Assembly (NCBI GenBank): GCA_938008415.1
Contig: CALLKI010000063.1
Span: 5,348-69,347, forward strand
Reading direction: 5' to 3'
From: an uncultured Luteimonas sp.
GTDB lineage: Bacteria > Pseudomonadota > Gammaproteobacteria > Xanthomonadales > Xanthomonadaceae
DNA length: 64,000 bases
The translations under genes were made by a program, and so were the position numbers. Positions within the stretch are counted from its first letter, which is position 1. The number at the start of each line of letters is the position of its first letter. The notes below the pieces were generated by a model, which worked only from the letters and a program-made list of their open reading frames with translations, was not told where the DNA came from and did not search any database. This document shows positions 18,932 to 27,718 of the stretch, piece after piece.

Positions 18932-21900
18932 ATGAGCGTCGCCGAGCTCAGCCTGAGGCGGCCGGTCAGCACCATCATGCTGTTCGTGTCGCTGTTCGTG
19001 ATCGGCCTGATCGCGGCGGTCAGGCTGCCGCTCGAGGCGTTCCCGGAGGTCTCGCCGCCGTTCATCGCCGTGTCGCTGCCGTACGCAGGTTCGACCCCGG
19101 AGGAGGTCGAGCGCACCATCGTGCGCCCGGTGGAGGAGGCGATCTCGACCATGTCCGGGATCAAGCGCATGCAGTCGAACGCGCGCTCGGACGGTGCCGA
19201 GATCCTGGTCGAGTTCAGCGATTGGAACCGCGACGTCGCGATCGCCGCGTCGGAGGCGCGGGAGCGGGTCGACGCGATCCGTGACGAGCTGCCGGACGAC
19301 CTGCAGCGCTACTTCGTGTTCAAGTTCTCGACCACCGACCAGCCGGTGCTGCGGGTGCGGCTGGCCGGGAGGGAGGACCTGAGCCGCTCGTACGACATGA
19401 TCGAGCGCGAGTTCAAGCGGCGGATAGAGCGCCTGCAGGGCGTGGCGCGGGTGGACGTGTCCGGTGCACCGCCCAGCGAGGTCGAGATCGCGATCAGGCC
19501 GGATCGTCTGACCGCACACGGCCTTGCGTTGAATGACCTGGCCCGCAGGCTGCAGGCGGTGAACTTCTCGGTGTCCGCCGGCGAGATCGAGGATGGCGGG
19601 ATGCGCCTGCGCGTGCAGCCCGTCGGCGAGATCACCGACCTGCAGCAGCTGCGCGACCTGCCCGTCGACGGCAACGGCCTGCGCCTGTCGGACATCGCCG
19701 AGGTGCGGCTCAAGCCACAGCGCATGGACTACCGCCGCCGCCTCGATGGCAGGCCGGCGGTGGGCCTGGACATCTACAAGGAGCGCAACGCCAACCTCGT
19801 GGAGGTCTCACGCCTGGCGCTCGAGGAACTGGATCGGATCCGCGCGCAGCCCGGGCTCGAGGACCTCCAGGTCATCGTCATCGAGAACCAGGGCGAAAAC
19901 GTCACCAGTTCGCTGAAGGAACTGGCGGAAGCGGGCCTGGTCGGCCTGGTGCTGTCGGTGATCGTGCTGTTCTTCTTCCTCCGCCACTGGCCCTCGACGC
20001 TGATGGTCACGCTGGCGATCCCGATCTGCTTCGTGATGACCCTGGGCTTCATGTACTTCGCCGGGGTCAGCCTGAACATCCTGTCGATGATGGGCCTGCT
20101 GCTGGCGGTGGGCATGCTGGTGGACAACGCGGTCGTGGTGGTCGAGAGCATCTACCAGGAGCGCGAGCGGATGCCGGACAAGCCCCGCCTGGCCTCCATC
20201 GTCGGAACGCGCCATGTGGCAATCGCGTTGTCGGCCGGCACGCTCTGCCACTGCATCGTGTTCCTGCCCAACCTGTTCGGCGACAAGAACTTCCTGAGCA
20301 TCTACCTCGGGCAGATCGCAATCACCATCTCGGTCTCGCTGCTGGCCTCGTGGATGGTGGCGGTGAGCCTGATCCCGATGGTCTCGGCGCGGCTGAAGAC
20401 GCCGCCGGCGGTCATTTCCCCGGACGGCCTGATCCCGCGCATGCAGCGTTCCTACGCGCGCTTCCTGCGCTGGACCCTCGAGCACCGCGGCTGGAGCGTG
20501 GCCGGCATCGTGCTGATCGTGGCGATCAGCCTGGTGCCGATGGCGCGGGTGAAGACCAACATGTTCGGCGGTGACAACGGCGGCAATGTCAACATCTATT
20601 ACCAGTGGAAGGGTGCCTACACCGTCGAGCAGATGGCACAGGAGGTCGCACGGATCGAGAAGTTCCTTGACGACAACCGGGAGAAGTTCCATATCACCCA
20701 GATCTATTCCTGGTTCAGCGAGCAGGGCTGGGGCGGGACCAGTGTGACGTTCGACACCGGGAAGATCGGCGAGACCAAGCTGCTGGTCGAGGCGATCCGC
20801 AGGGAGCTTCCGAAGTCGGCGCTTGCCAACATCGGCATCGGCAACGAGGGTGGTGGTGGCGGCCAGCCCGGGCAGAACGTGCAGGTGCTGCTGGTCGGCG
20901 ATTCGACACAGACCCTCGCCGAGCTCGGCGAGGACATCGTGCCGATCCTGGCGCGCAGGCCGGAGCTGCGCGACGTGCGAGTGAACAGCGGCGACCAGAA
21001 CCGCGAGCTGTCGGTCCGCGTGGACCGCGAGCGTGCCGCCGCGTTCGGGTTCTCGGCGCAGGAGGTGGCGGACTTCGTCGGTCTGGCGCTGCGTGGCGCG
21101 CCGTTGCGCGAGTTCAGGCGGGGCGACACCGAGGTGCCGGTCTGGGTCCGCTTCCAGGGCGCCGAGAACTATTCGCCCGAGGACATTTCCGGGTTCATGG
21201 TGCGTTCCCGTGACGGGCGCCTGGTGCCATTGACCGCGATGGTGGACGTGGCCATCCGGCCCTCGGCCAGCCGCGTCACCCGCACCAACCGCCAGACCAC
21301 GCTGGCGATCCAGGCCAACCTCGCCGCCGGCGCCACCATGCCGGAGGCGCGCAGGGCGATGGAGGAGGTGCTGAAGTCCGTGGCGTTCCCGCCAGGTTAC
21401 GGTTACACCTTCGATGGCGGCGGCTTCCAGGACGAGCAGGAGGCGATGAGCCAGATGCTCTTCAACCTGGTCATCGCGCTGGTGCTGATCTACGTGGTGA
21501 TGGCCTCGGTGTTCGAATCGCTGCTGTTCCCGGCCGCGATCATGAGCTGCGTCCTGTTCTCGGCGCTGGGCGTGTACTGGCTGTTCTGGATCACCGGCAC
21601 CGAGTTCAACATCATGGCGTTCATCGGCATCCTGGTGCTGATGGGCGTGGTGGTGAACAACGGCATCGTGATGATCGAGCACATCAACAACCTGCGCCGG
21701 CGGGGGATGCGGCGCACGGACGCACTGGTCGAGGGCAGCCGCGAGCGCCTCCGCCCGATCCTGATGACCATGGGGACGGCGGTGCTGGCGATGGTGCCGA
21801 TCTCGCTGACCAACACCCAGGTCGGCGGCGATGGCCCGGCGTACTACCCGATGGCGCGCGCGATCGCGGGCGGGCTGGCGTTCTCGACCGTGGTCAGCCT

Positions 21901-22024
21901 GCTGTTCCTGCCGACGATCTACGCGATCCTCGACGATACGCGCAACGGCACGGTGCGGCTGCTGCGGCGCGCGCGGGGCAAGGCGCCCGCCGCGGACGGG
22001 GAATCGTTGCCGGCGGCCGGCTGA
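18932..22024 (+). CDS. RND efflux permease 2 (AcrB/MdtC-like)
   Basis: The ATG at 18932 lies 1 nt after the stop of permease 1. N-terminus SLRRPVSTIMLFVSLFVIGLIAAVRLPLEAFPEVSPPFIAV. Conserved VDNAVVVVESI and LRPILMTMGTAVLAMVPI. Confidence 0.93.
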   Translation: MSVAELSLRRPVSTIMLFVSLFVIGLIAAVRLPLEAFPEVSPPFIAVSLPYAGSTPEEVERTIVRPVEEAISTMSGIKRMQSNARSDGAEILVEFSDWNRDVAIAASEARERVDAIRDELPDDLQRYFVFKFSTTDQPVLRVRLAGREDLSRSYDMIEREFKRRIERLQGVARVDVSGAPPSEVEIAIRPDRLTAHGLALNDLARRLQAVNFSVSAGEIEDGGMRLRVQPVGEITDLQQLRDLPVDGNGLRLSDIAEVRLKPQRMDYRRRLDGRPAVGLDIYKERNANLVEVSRLALEELDRIRAQPGLEDLQVIVIENQGENVTSSLKELAEAGLVGLVLSVIVLFFFLRHWPSTLMVTLAIPICFVMTLGFMYFAGVSLNILSMMGLLLAVGMLVDNAVVVVESIYQERERMPDKPRLASIVGTRHVAIALSAGTLCHCIVFLPNLFGDKNFLSIYLGQIAITISVSLLASWMVAVSLIPMVSARLKTPPAVISPDGLIPRMQRSYARFLRWTLEHRGWSVAGIVLIVAISLVPMARVKTNMFGGDNGGNVNIYYQWKGAYTVEQMAQEVARIEKFLDDNREKFHITQIYSWFSEQGWGGTSVTFDTGKIGETKLLVEAIRRELPKSALANIGIGNEGGGGGQPGQNVQVLLVGDSTQTLAELGEDIVPILARRPELRDVRVNSGDQNRELSVRVDRERAAAFGFSAQEVADFVGLALRGAPLREFRRGDTEVPVWVRFQGAENYSPEDISGFMVRSRDGRLVPLTAMVDVAIRPSASRVTRTNRQTTLAIQANLAAGATMPEARRAMEEVLKSVAFPPGYGYTFDGGGFQDEQEAMSQMLFNLVIALVLIYVVMASVFESLLFPAAIMSCVLFSALGVYWLFWITGTEFNIMAFIGILVLMGVVVNNGIVMIEHINNLRRRGMRRTDALVEGSRERLRPILMTMGTAVLAMVPISLTNTQVGGDGPAYYPMARAIAGGLAFSTVVSLLFLPTIYAILDDTRNGTVRLLRRARGKAPAADGESLPAAG

Positions 22025-22072
22025 CGGCCGTGCACCGGGCCGCACCGGGTGGCATGACATCGGGGAGGGGGC

Positions 22073-22789
22073 ATGAATCCGGCCATCGTCGAAATCTCGA
22101 TCCACGCCGCCGTCATCGGCGTGCTCGCGCTGGTCGCCGCGTGGACGGCGAAGGGAAGGTTGCGTCCTGGCTGGCTGACCGTCGCGCTGGGGCTGGTGCT
22201 GCTGCGCGACGCGCTGGTGCTGCGTGGTTACAGGCTGGTGCCAGACATGTTCCCGGGCAGCGGCTGGAACTGGACCGGCAAGTTGCTGGCCACCGCGGGC
22301 CTGCTCGCGGTGGCGTCGCTGCCGTGGTTCGGCTGGCGCCGTTGCGGCCTGGCCCTGCGGCAGGCGCCTGGCTCGGGCGTCGCCTGGGGCGTGTTCGCGG
22401 TGCTGGCCGTGGTGCTGTTCGCGCTGGCGATGATGCAGGCCGACGGCGCGGATGACCTCGACACCATCCTGTTCCAGTGGACGATGCCGGGGATCGAGGA
22501 GGAGCTGTTCTACCGCGGCGTGCTGCTGCTGGCGTTGAACGAGGCCCTCGATCCAGGTGATCGCCGGCGCTTCGCCGGGATCGGGTGGGGCGGGGTGATC
22601 GCCTGCGTGGCCTTCGGCCTGGGGCATGCGCTGTTCTGGCGCGACGGCGGGCTGTCGTTCGATGCCGCGGCGTTCGCGATGACCGGCGGGCCGGCGCTGC
22701 TGCTGGCGTGGTTCCGGGCGCGGACCGGCAGCCTGGTGCTGCCGGTGCTGGCGCACAACGTCGCCAACGGTGCGTTCACGCTGTTCTGA
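22073..22789 (+). CDS. CPBP-family intramembrane glutamic endopeptidase (CAAX protease/Abi-like)
   Basis: GGGGAGGGG SD. Multi-TM protein. Motif 1 is EEELFYRG, motif 2 is FGLGHALF, and a late HNVANG is present. Confidence 0.85.
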   Translation: MNPAIVEISIHAAVIGVLALVAAWTAKGRLRPGWLTVALGLVLLRDALVLRGYRLVPDMFPGSGWNWTGKLLATAGLLAVASLPWFGWRRCGLALRQAPGSGVAWGVFAVLAVVLFALAMMQADGADDLDTILFQWTMPGIEEELFYRGVLLLALNEALDPGDRRRFAGIGWGGVIACVAFGLGHALFWRDGGLSFDAAAFAMTGGPALLLAWFRARTGSLVLPVLAHNVANGAFTLF

Positions 22790-24010
22790 TCAGCCGAACA
22801 GTCTCGCCAGCATCTTCGCGCCGCCGGTCCACACGCCGATCGCGGTGCCCAGCGAGGTGAGGAAGAAGTTCAGCAGCACCCGCGCGACCCGGTTGCGCCA
22901 CCAGCCCCGCACGCTGTTGATGTCGTCGCGCAGGGCCATGAAGTCGGCGTAGGTGGGTTTGCGCACCCAGGCCTCCACCAGGCCGCTGACCGTGCCCGAG
23001 GCCAGCGCCGGGTGCAGCGGCGTGACCGGCGAGGACAGGAACGCGCCGAGGATGCTCAGAGGATGCCCGCCGGCCAGGGCGCAGCCCAGCGCGCCAATGC
23101 CGCCGGTCCACAGCACCCAGTACAGCAGCAGGTCGGCGCCGACGTCGAAGCCGCCGCGCCAGAATCCCCAGGCGAAGCCAAGGAGCAGGAATGCGCCGAT
23201 GGTGATCTCCATCCACGGCACCTTCGATTTCGGCTTGACCGCCTCGAGCGCCGCGGTGGTTTCCGCCGGCGGCTGCATGTCTTCGCGCAGGTGCCGTTCG
23301 ATGCCCTGCAGGTGGCCGGCGCCGACCACCGCCAGCACGTCGCGCGCGCCGCGGATGTCGCGCAGGCGCGCGGCCATGTAGCGGTCGCGCTCGGCGATGA
23401 TGGCCTCGTACAGCTCCGGCGTCTGCTCGGCGAACTCGCTGAAGCTGGCCTGCAGCAGGTCGCCCTGCTTGAGCTTCTCGATGTCGCTCTCGCCGACCTC
23501 GTCGTCCGCGACCAGGCCGGCGAGGATGCCGCCGGCGAGTTTCGCGCGCTGCCACCAGCCCAGCCGCTGCGAGGCGCGCCTGAAGGTCAGGCCGACGTCG
23601 CGGTCCACCAGGTGCACGGGCAGGCCGCGGGCGCGCGCGTCCTCGACCGCGGCGCGCAGTTCGGCGCCGGGCTGGATGCCGAGCTGCCCGGCGAGCCGGC
23701 GCTGGTAACTGGCCAGCGCGAGGTTGGCGGCGAACAGGGCGGTCTTGCCCTCCCGCAGCACCTTGACCAGGTCGAGCTTCGCCAGGGCGTCCGGGTCGGT
23801 CATCGCCCGCAGGCGCTGCTCGTCCAGTTCGACCGCGACCGCGTCGAACCCGCCTCCGGCGATGGCGGCGCGGACCGCGTCCACGCTCGCCTTCGAGACG
23901 TGCGCGGTACCGAGCAGGGTGTAGCGCACGCCGTCGCGTTCGACCACGGCGTGTGGCTGGTCGTGCCAGGAGGGCGTGGCGGCGATGGTGCCGTCGTGCG
24001 CGTCAGTCAC
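22790..24010 (-). CDS. TraB/GumN (Tiki/PrgY-like) family protein with C-terminal TM segments
   Basis: LLGTAHVSKASVDAV is the family N-terminal motif. A later GAGHLQGI is present and the C-terminus is hydrophobic. The listed GTG start at 24010 overlaps aguB by 8 nt; a later start near VVERDGVRY is possible. Confidence 0.82.
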   Translation of the reverse strand: MTDAHDGTIAATPSWHDQPHAVVERDGVRYTLLGTAHVSKASVDAVRAAIAGGGFDAVAVELDEQRLRAMTDPDALAKLDLVKVLREGKTALFAANLALASYQRRLAGQLGIQPGAELRAAVEDARARGLPVHLVDRDVGLTFRRASQRLGWWQRAKLAGGILAGLVADDEVGESDIEKLKQGDLLQASFSEFAEQTPELYEAIIAERDRYMAARLRDIRGARDVLAVVGAGHLQGIERHLREDMQPPAETTAALEAVKPKSKVPWMEITIGAFLLLGFAWGFWRGGFDVGADLLLYWVLWTGGIGALGCALAGGHPLSILGAFLSSPVTPLHPALASGTVSGLVEAWVRKPTYADFMALRDDINSVRGWWRNRVARVLLNFFLTSLGTAIGVWTGGAKMLARLFG

Positions 24011-24884
24011 GGTAGCGCTTCAGCAGGTCGCCGTAGGCGTCGATGCGGCGGTCGCGCAGGAACGGCCAGATGCGGCGCACCTGCTCGCTGCGCGCCAGGT
24101 CCACCTCGGCCATCAGGATCGTCGGCCCGGTCCCGGCCGAGGCCAGGAATTCGCCCTGCGGCCCGAGGACGTGGCTGTGGCCCCAGAAGTCGATGCCGGA
24201 GGCGCCGAGCGGCGATGGCTCGTGGCCAACACGGTTGCACGAGAGCACCGGCAGGCCGTTGGCGACGGCGTGGCCGCGGTGGCTCAGGATCCAGGCGTCG
24301 CGCTGGCGGTCCTTCTCGTCCTGCGGGTCGTCCGGGTCCCAGCCGATCGCGGTGGGATACAGCAGCAGCTCGGCGCCGGCCAGGGCCATCAGCCGCGCGG
24401 CCTCCGGGTACCACTGGTCCCAGCACACCAGCACGCCGAGGCGGCCGACGCTGGTGTCGATGGGGGTGAAGCCCAGGTCGCCGGGCGTGAAGTAGAACTT
24501 CTCGTAGAAGCCCGGGTCGTCCGGGATGTGCATCTTGCGGTACTTGCCGGCGATACCGCCGTCGGCCTCGAACACCACCGCGGTGTTGTGGTACAGGCCG
24601 GGCGCGCGGCGCTCGAACAGCGAGGACACCAGCACCACGCCGTGCTGCTTCGCGAGCGCGCCCAGCCGCCCGGTGCTCGGACCGGGGATCGGCTCGGCGC
24701 GATCGAACTCGTGCACCGACTCGTGCTGGCAGAAGTAGGGCCCGTTGTGCAGCTCCTGCAGCAGCACCAGCTTCGCGCCGCGGCGGGCGGCCTCGGCCAC
24801 TCGTTCCTCGATCACCGCGAGGTTGGCGTCGGCGTCACCGTGGTTGCGCTCCTGGATCAGGGCGACGGGCAGTGGCTTCTTCAT
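24003..24884 (-). CDS. aguB: N-carbamoylputrescine amidase (nitrilase superfamily)
   Basis: It shows Glu-Lys-Cys triad contexts (LQELHNGPYF, KYRKMHIPD, VLVCWDQWYPE) and is adjacent to aguA. Confidence 0.92.
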   Translation of the reverse strand: MKKPLPVALIQERNHGDADANLAVIEERVAEAARRGAKLVLLQELHNGPYFCQHESVHEFDRAEPIPGPSTGRLGALAKQHGVVLVSSLFERRAPGLYHNTAVVFEADGGIAGKYRKMHIPDDPGFYEKFYFTPGDLGFTPIDTSVGRLGVLVCWDQWYPEAARLMALAGAELLLYPTAIGWDPDDPQDEKDRQRDAWILSHRGHAVANGLPVLSCNRVGHEPSPLGASGIDFWGHSHVLGPQGEFLASAGTGPTILMAEVDLARSEQVRRIWPFLRDRRIDAYGDLLKRYRD

Positions 24885-24959
24885 CGTGCGTTCGCGTTGC
24901 GGGTGTTGCGGGATTGTAGGGGCTGCGGTGTCGTGGCGCCGGGAAATCCCGGCCCGCGC

Positions 24960-26003
24960 TCAGGCCGCGTGCAGCAGGCCCTGCGGCAACTGCATGGTGA
25001 TGCAGTGCAGGCTGCCGTTCTGCCAGATCAGCGGGCGGCAGGGGACCTGCACCACCTCGCGGCCGGGGAAGGCCTGCGCCAGCACGGCCGCGGCCGCATC
25101 GTCGGCCGGGTCGCCGTAGGCGGGCATCAGCACCGCGCCGTTGATGACCAGGAAGTTGGCGTAGCTGGCGGCCAGGCGCCGGCCCCCGTCGATGACCGGG
25201 CGTGCCCACGGCAGCGGGAACAGCCGGTAGGGCCGGCCGTCGCGCGTGCGCAGCGCGGCCAGCTCGGCGGCCATCGCCTGCAGCTCGGTGAAGTGGGAAT
25301 CCGTCGGGTCGTCGCAGGCCTGGAACACGATGGCGTCTTCCGCGGCGAAGCGGGCCAGGGTGTCCACGTGGGCGTCGGTGTCGTCGCCCTCCAGGTAGCC
25401 GTGGTCGAGCCAGAGCACGCGGTCCTGCGCCAGCCAGCCCGAGAGCTTCGCGGTCAGCTCTTCGCGGGTGGCGCCGGGATGGCGCTGGTGCAGGCACTGC
25501 CAGGTGGTCAGCAGGGTGCCGTGGCCGTCGGTGTCGATGGCGCCGCCTTCCAGCGCGAAGTCGATGACCTCGCGCTCGCTGTCGCCGAACAGGCCCTGGG
25601 CGTGCAGGGTGCCGACCAGGGCGTCATCGCGGCTGGCCTCGAACTTGCCGCCCCAGCCGGTGAATCGGAAGTCGAGCAGGCGGAACCCGCCGTCGTCCCT
25701 GCGCAGGGTGATCGGGCCGGAGTCGCGCAGCCAGGTGTCGTCGTAGGGCGCGGTGACGAAGCGCACCCGGTCCATGTCCACGCGGTTGGAACGCAGGCGG
25801 ATGTCGGCGTAGGTCTCGACGTCGTCGTCTGCGACGCAGATCACGGCCGTCTGGAAGCGGGTGATCGCGGCGACCAGCGCGATGTAGGTCTCCTCGACCT
25901 CGCCGAGGCGTTCGGCCCAGTCGGTGCCGGCGTGCGGCCAGGCGATCAGCACGGCCGACTGGGATTCCCACTCGGCGGGAAGGCGCAGGGTGTGTGCGGT
26001 CAT
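24960..26003 (-). CDS. aguA: Agmatine deiminase
   Basis: The ATG at 26003 gives MTAHTLRLPAEWESQSAVLIAWPH. Motifs DTWLRDSGPI and HVDT are present, with the catalytic Cys in GSLHCITMQ. Confidence 0.92.
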   Translation of the reverse strand: MTAHTLRLPAEWESQSAVLIAWPHAGTDWAERLGEVEETYIALVAAITRFQTAVICVADDDVETYADIRLRSNRVDMDRVRFVTAPYDDTWLRDSGPITLRRDDGGFRLLDFRFTGWGGKFEASRDDALVGTLHAQGLFGDSEREVIDFALEGGAIDTDGHGTLLTTWQCLHQRHPGATREELTAKLSGWLAQDRVLWLDHGYLEGDDTDAHVDTLARFAAEDAIVFQACDDPTDSHFTELQAMAAELAALRTRDGRPYRLFPLPWARPVIDGGRRLAASYANFLVINGAVLMPAYGDPADDAAAAVLAQAFPGREVVQVPCRPLIWQNGSLHCITMQLPQGLLHAA

Positions 26004-26079
26004 TCGTGGACGCGGGCGTGGGGGAAGCCGCGCATTATGCGTGATGCACGGCACCAGCCGCGATGCCGCCGGCCGGGAT

Positions 26080-26415
26080 TCAGCGGGTCGCCGGCCTGGG
26101 CCCGGCCTCGGTGGGCGAGGCCTGGTTGACCACGGCGTCGATAACGCGGTCGCGCTCGAAGTAGACCGTGAACCCGGGGTACACCCAGCGGTGGATCACC
26201 GGCCACTGCCGCTTCTGGCCGCCGCGCGGCTCCAGCCTGCTGGCAGGCTCGCCGAACTTCGCCAGGACCTGCTGCATGGTCATGCCCCGCTCGGGCATGG
26301 GGATGGCGGCGGACTGCGCCCGCTCGATCAGCAGGGTATCGGCCGTGGCCGGCGCCGCGGCGAGGACGAGGGCGAACGCAAGGGTGATGGGCAGGAAGGA
26401 ACGGGACAGGCGCAT
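26080..26415 (-). CDS. Small secreted protein, unknown function (BamE/SmpA-OmlA-like motif?)
   Basis: The ATG at 26415 gives signal peptide MRLSRSFLPITLAFALVLAAAPATA. GMTMQQVLAKFGEP...W.YPGFTVYFERDRV resembles the SmpA/OmlA fold pattern, from memory only. Confidence 0.6.
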   Translation of the reverse strand: MRLSRSFLPITLAFALVLAAAPATADTLLIERAQSAAIPMPERGMTMQQVLAKFGEPASRLEPRGGQKRQWPVIHRWVYPGFTVYFERDRVIDAVVNQASPTEAGPRPATR

Positions 26416-26532
26416 TGCGGATTCCTTCGGATTCGGGGGAATGCTACCTGGCGCGTTGTACCAGAATCGCGCATCGGGCGCGGAGAGCGTGGGCGGGACT
26501 GCGGGGAGCGTCACATCCGGGCGCCGGCCAGG

Positions 26533-26564
26533 AAAACGCAGGGGGCCGCGTCGCCGCGGCCCCC
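26533..26564 (-). terminator. Intrinsic terminator downstream of rpmJ
   Basis: On the minus strand, GGGGGCCGCG-GCGA-CGCGGCCCCC (10-bp stem) is followed by TGCGTTTTCC. Confidence 0.55.
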
Positions 26565-26614
26565 TTGCCGGTCTTGCGTCGTCTGCCGCGCGGGCCTGCG
26601 CCCGCGCCGCGCCA

Positions 26615-26740
26615 TCAGCGCTGGCGCGCCTTGTAGCGCGGGTTGGACTTGCAGATCACGAAGACCTTGCCACGGCGACGGACGACCTTGCAGTCGCGGT
26701 GGCGGGTCTTCGCCGACTTCAGCGAGGACAGGACCTTCAT
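26615..26740 (-). CDS. rpmJ: 50S ribosomal protein L36, type B (YkgO-like)
   Basis: It is not in the supplied ORF track (41 codons). My hand translation of the minus strand is [41 protein letters not shown]. An AGAGG SD is present upstream. Confidence 0.9.
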   Translation of the reverse strand: MKVLSSLKSAKTRHRDCKVVRRRGKVFVICKSNPRYKARQR

Positions 26741-26816
26741 GGCGGGCCTCTGGAAAAGGGTTGGAATGGACGGGAAAATTGAAAGCCACACATTCTAGCC
26801 GGTTTTTTGCCGGCCA

Positions 26817-26845
26817 TTCAAGCGCTTGCGGGCGGCGGGTAGAAT
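26817..26845 (+). promoter_or_regulatory. Candidate sigma70 promoter for cmk(-rpsA)
   Basis: TTCAAG (26817-22), a 17-nt spacer, then TAGAAT (26840-45). The predicted leader of about 22 nt contains a GGAG SD before the ATG at 26874. Confidence 0.5.
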
Positions 26846-26873
26846 GTCCCGCGTTCGAGTGCGGAGTGGCGGC

Positions 26874-27554
26874 ATGGACGGGAGCGTACCGGTTCTGACC
26901 ATCGACGGGCCTTCGGGTTCGGGCAAGGGCACGATCAGCAGGCGCGTGGCCGGCCGGCTGGGCTGGCACTACCTCGATTCCGGGGCCCTGTACCGTGCCG
27001 TGGGCGTCGCCGCCGGCTGGGCCGGGCTGGACCTGACCGATGCCCCGGCCCTGGTCCGCTGTGCCTTCGACACCCGGGTCGAGTTCAGGGAGGCCCCGGA
27101 CGGGGAACTGCGGGTCCTGGTCAACGGGGTGGACGCGACCGACGAGCTGCGGACCGAGACGGCCGGGGCAGCGGCCTCGGCCGTGGCCGCCATTCCCGAG
27201 GTCCGGGAGGCATTGAAGGACCGCCAGCGGGCCTTCCGCCGCCCCCCGGGGCTGGTCGCCGACGGCCGGGACATGGGCACGGTGATCTTCCCGGACGCCC
27301 CCTACAAGGTGTATCTGACCGCAAGCGCCCAGGAGCGCGCCGAGAGGCGATATAAGCAGTTGAAGGAAAAAGGAGTTTCCGTCACAATTGACGATCTGCT
27401 GCGCGAGATCCTCGCCCGCGACGCCCGGGACGCCAGCCGGGCGGTGGCGCCGTTGAGGCCGGCCGAAGACGCCGTGCACATCGACACCACCGGTCTTGGC
27501 ATCGACGAGGTGGTCGAGCGCGTGCTGGCCCTGTTGCCCCTGCCACAGGGCTGA
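26874..27554 (+). CDS. cmk: Cytidylate kinase
   Basis: [20 protein letters not shown] (P-loop) matches the N-terminal spacing of E. coli Cmk. It lies upstream of rpsA as in enterics and pseudomonads. Confidence 0.93.
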   Translation: MDGSVPVLTIDGPSGSGKGTISRRVAGRLGWHYLDSGALYRAVGVAAGWAGLDLTDAPALVRCAFDTRVEFREAPDGELRVLVNGVDATDELRTETAGAAASAVAAIPEVREALKDRQRAFRRPPGLVADGRDMGTVIFPDAPYKVYLTASAQERAERRYKQLKEKGVSVTIDDLLREILARDARDASRAVAPLRPAEDAVHIDTTGLGIDEVVERVLALLPLPQG

Positions 27555-27718
27555 TCGAAGCGCAGCAGCAGGCCCGCCGGCGCATCCGTGCCGGGCGGTT
27601 CATCAACCACAACACTCGCGGCCGGACGCGGTGATCCCGCGTGGCCCGCAACGGGTGGACCGCATGCGGGGCGGAAAGTTCCGCGTGCAGGTCTGTGTCA
27701 TCAACCGAGTATTTTCCA

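Noticed and set aside
15226-22756. Two very long minus-strand ORFs (15226..19170, 1314 aa; 19808..22756, 982 aa) antisense to the RND permease genes
   Set aside because: Their translations are Arg/Gly/His/Pro-rich with no motifs, and they lie exactly antisense to genes with unmistakable RND signatures. This is the typical stop-codon-poor antisense frame of a high-GC genome.
26416-26614. L31 type-B (ykgM-like) partner gene or Zur box next to the L36 type-B gene
   Set aside because: The 200-nt gap contains only the rpmJ terminator hairpin and no suitable ORF. No AT-rich palindrome resembling a Zur box was seen upstream of rpmJ.
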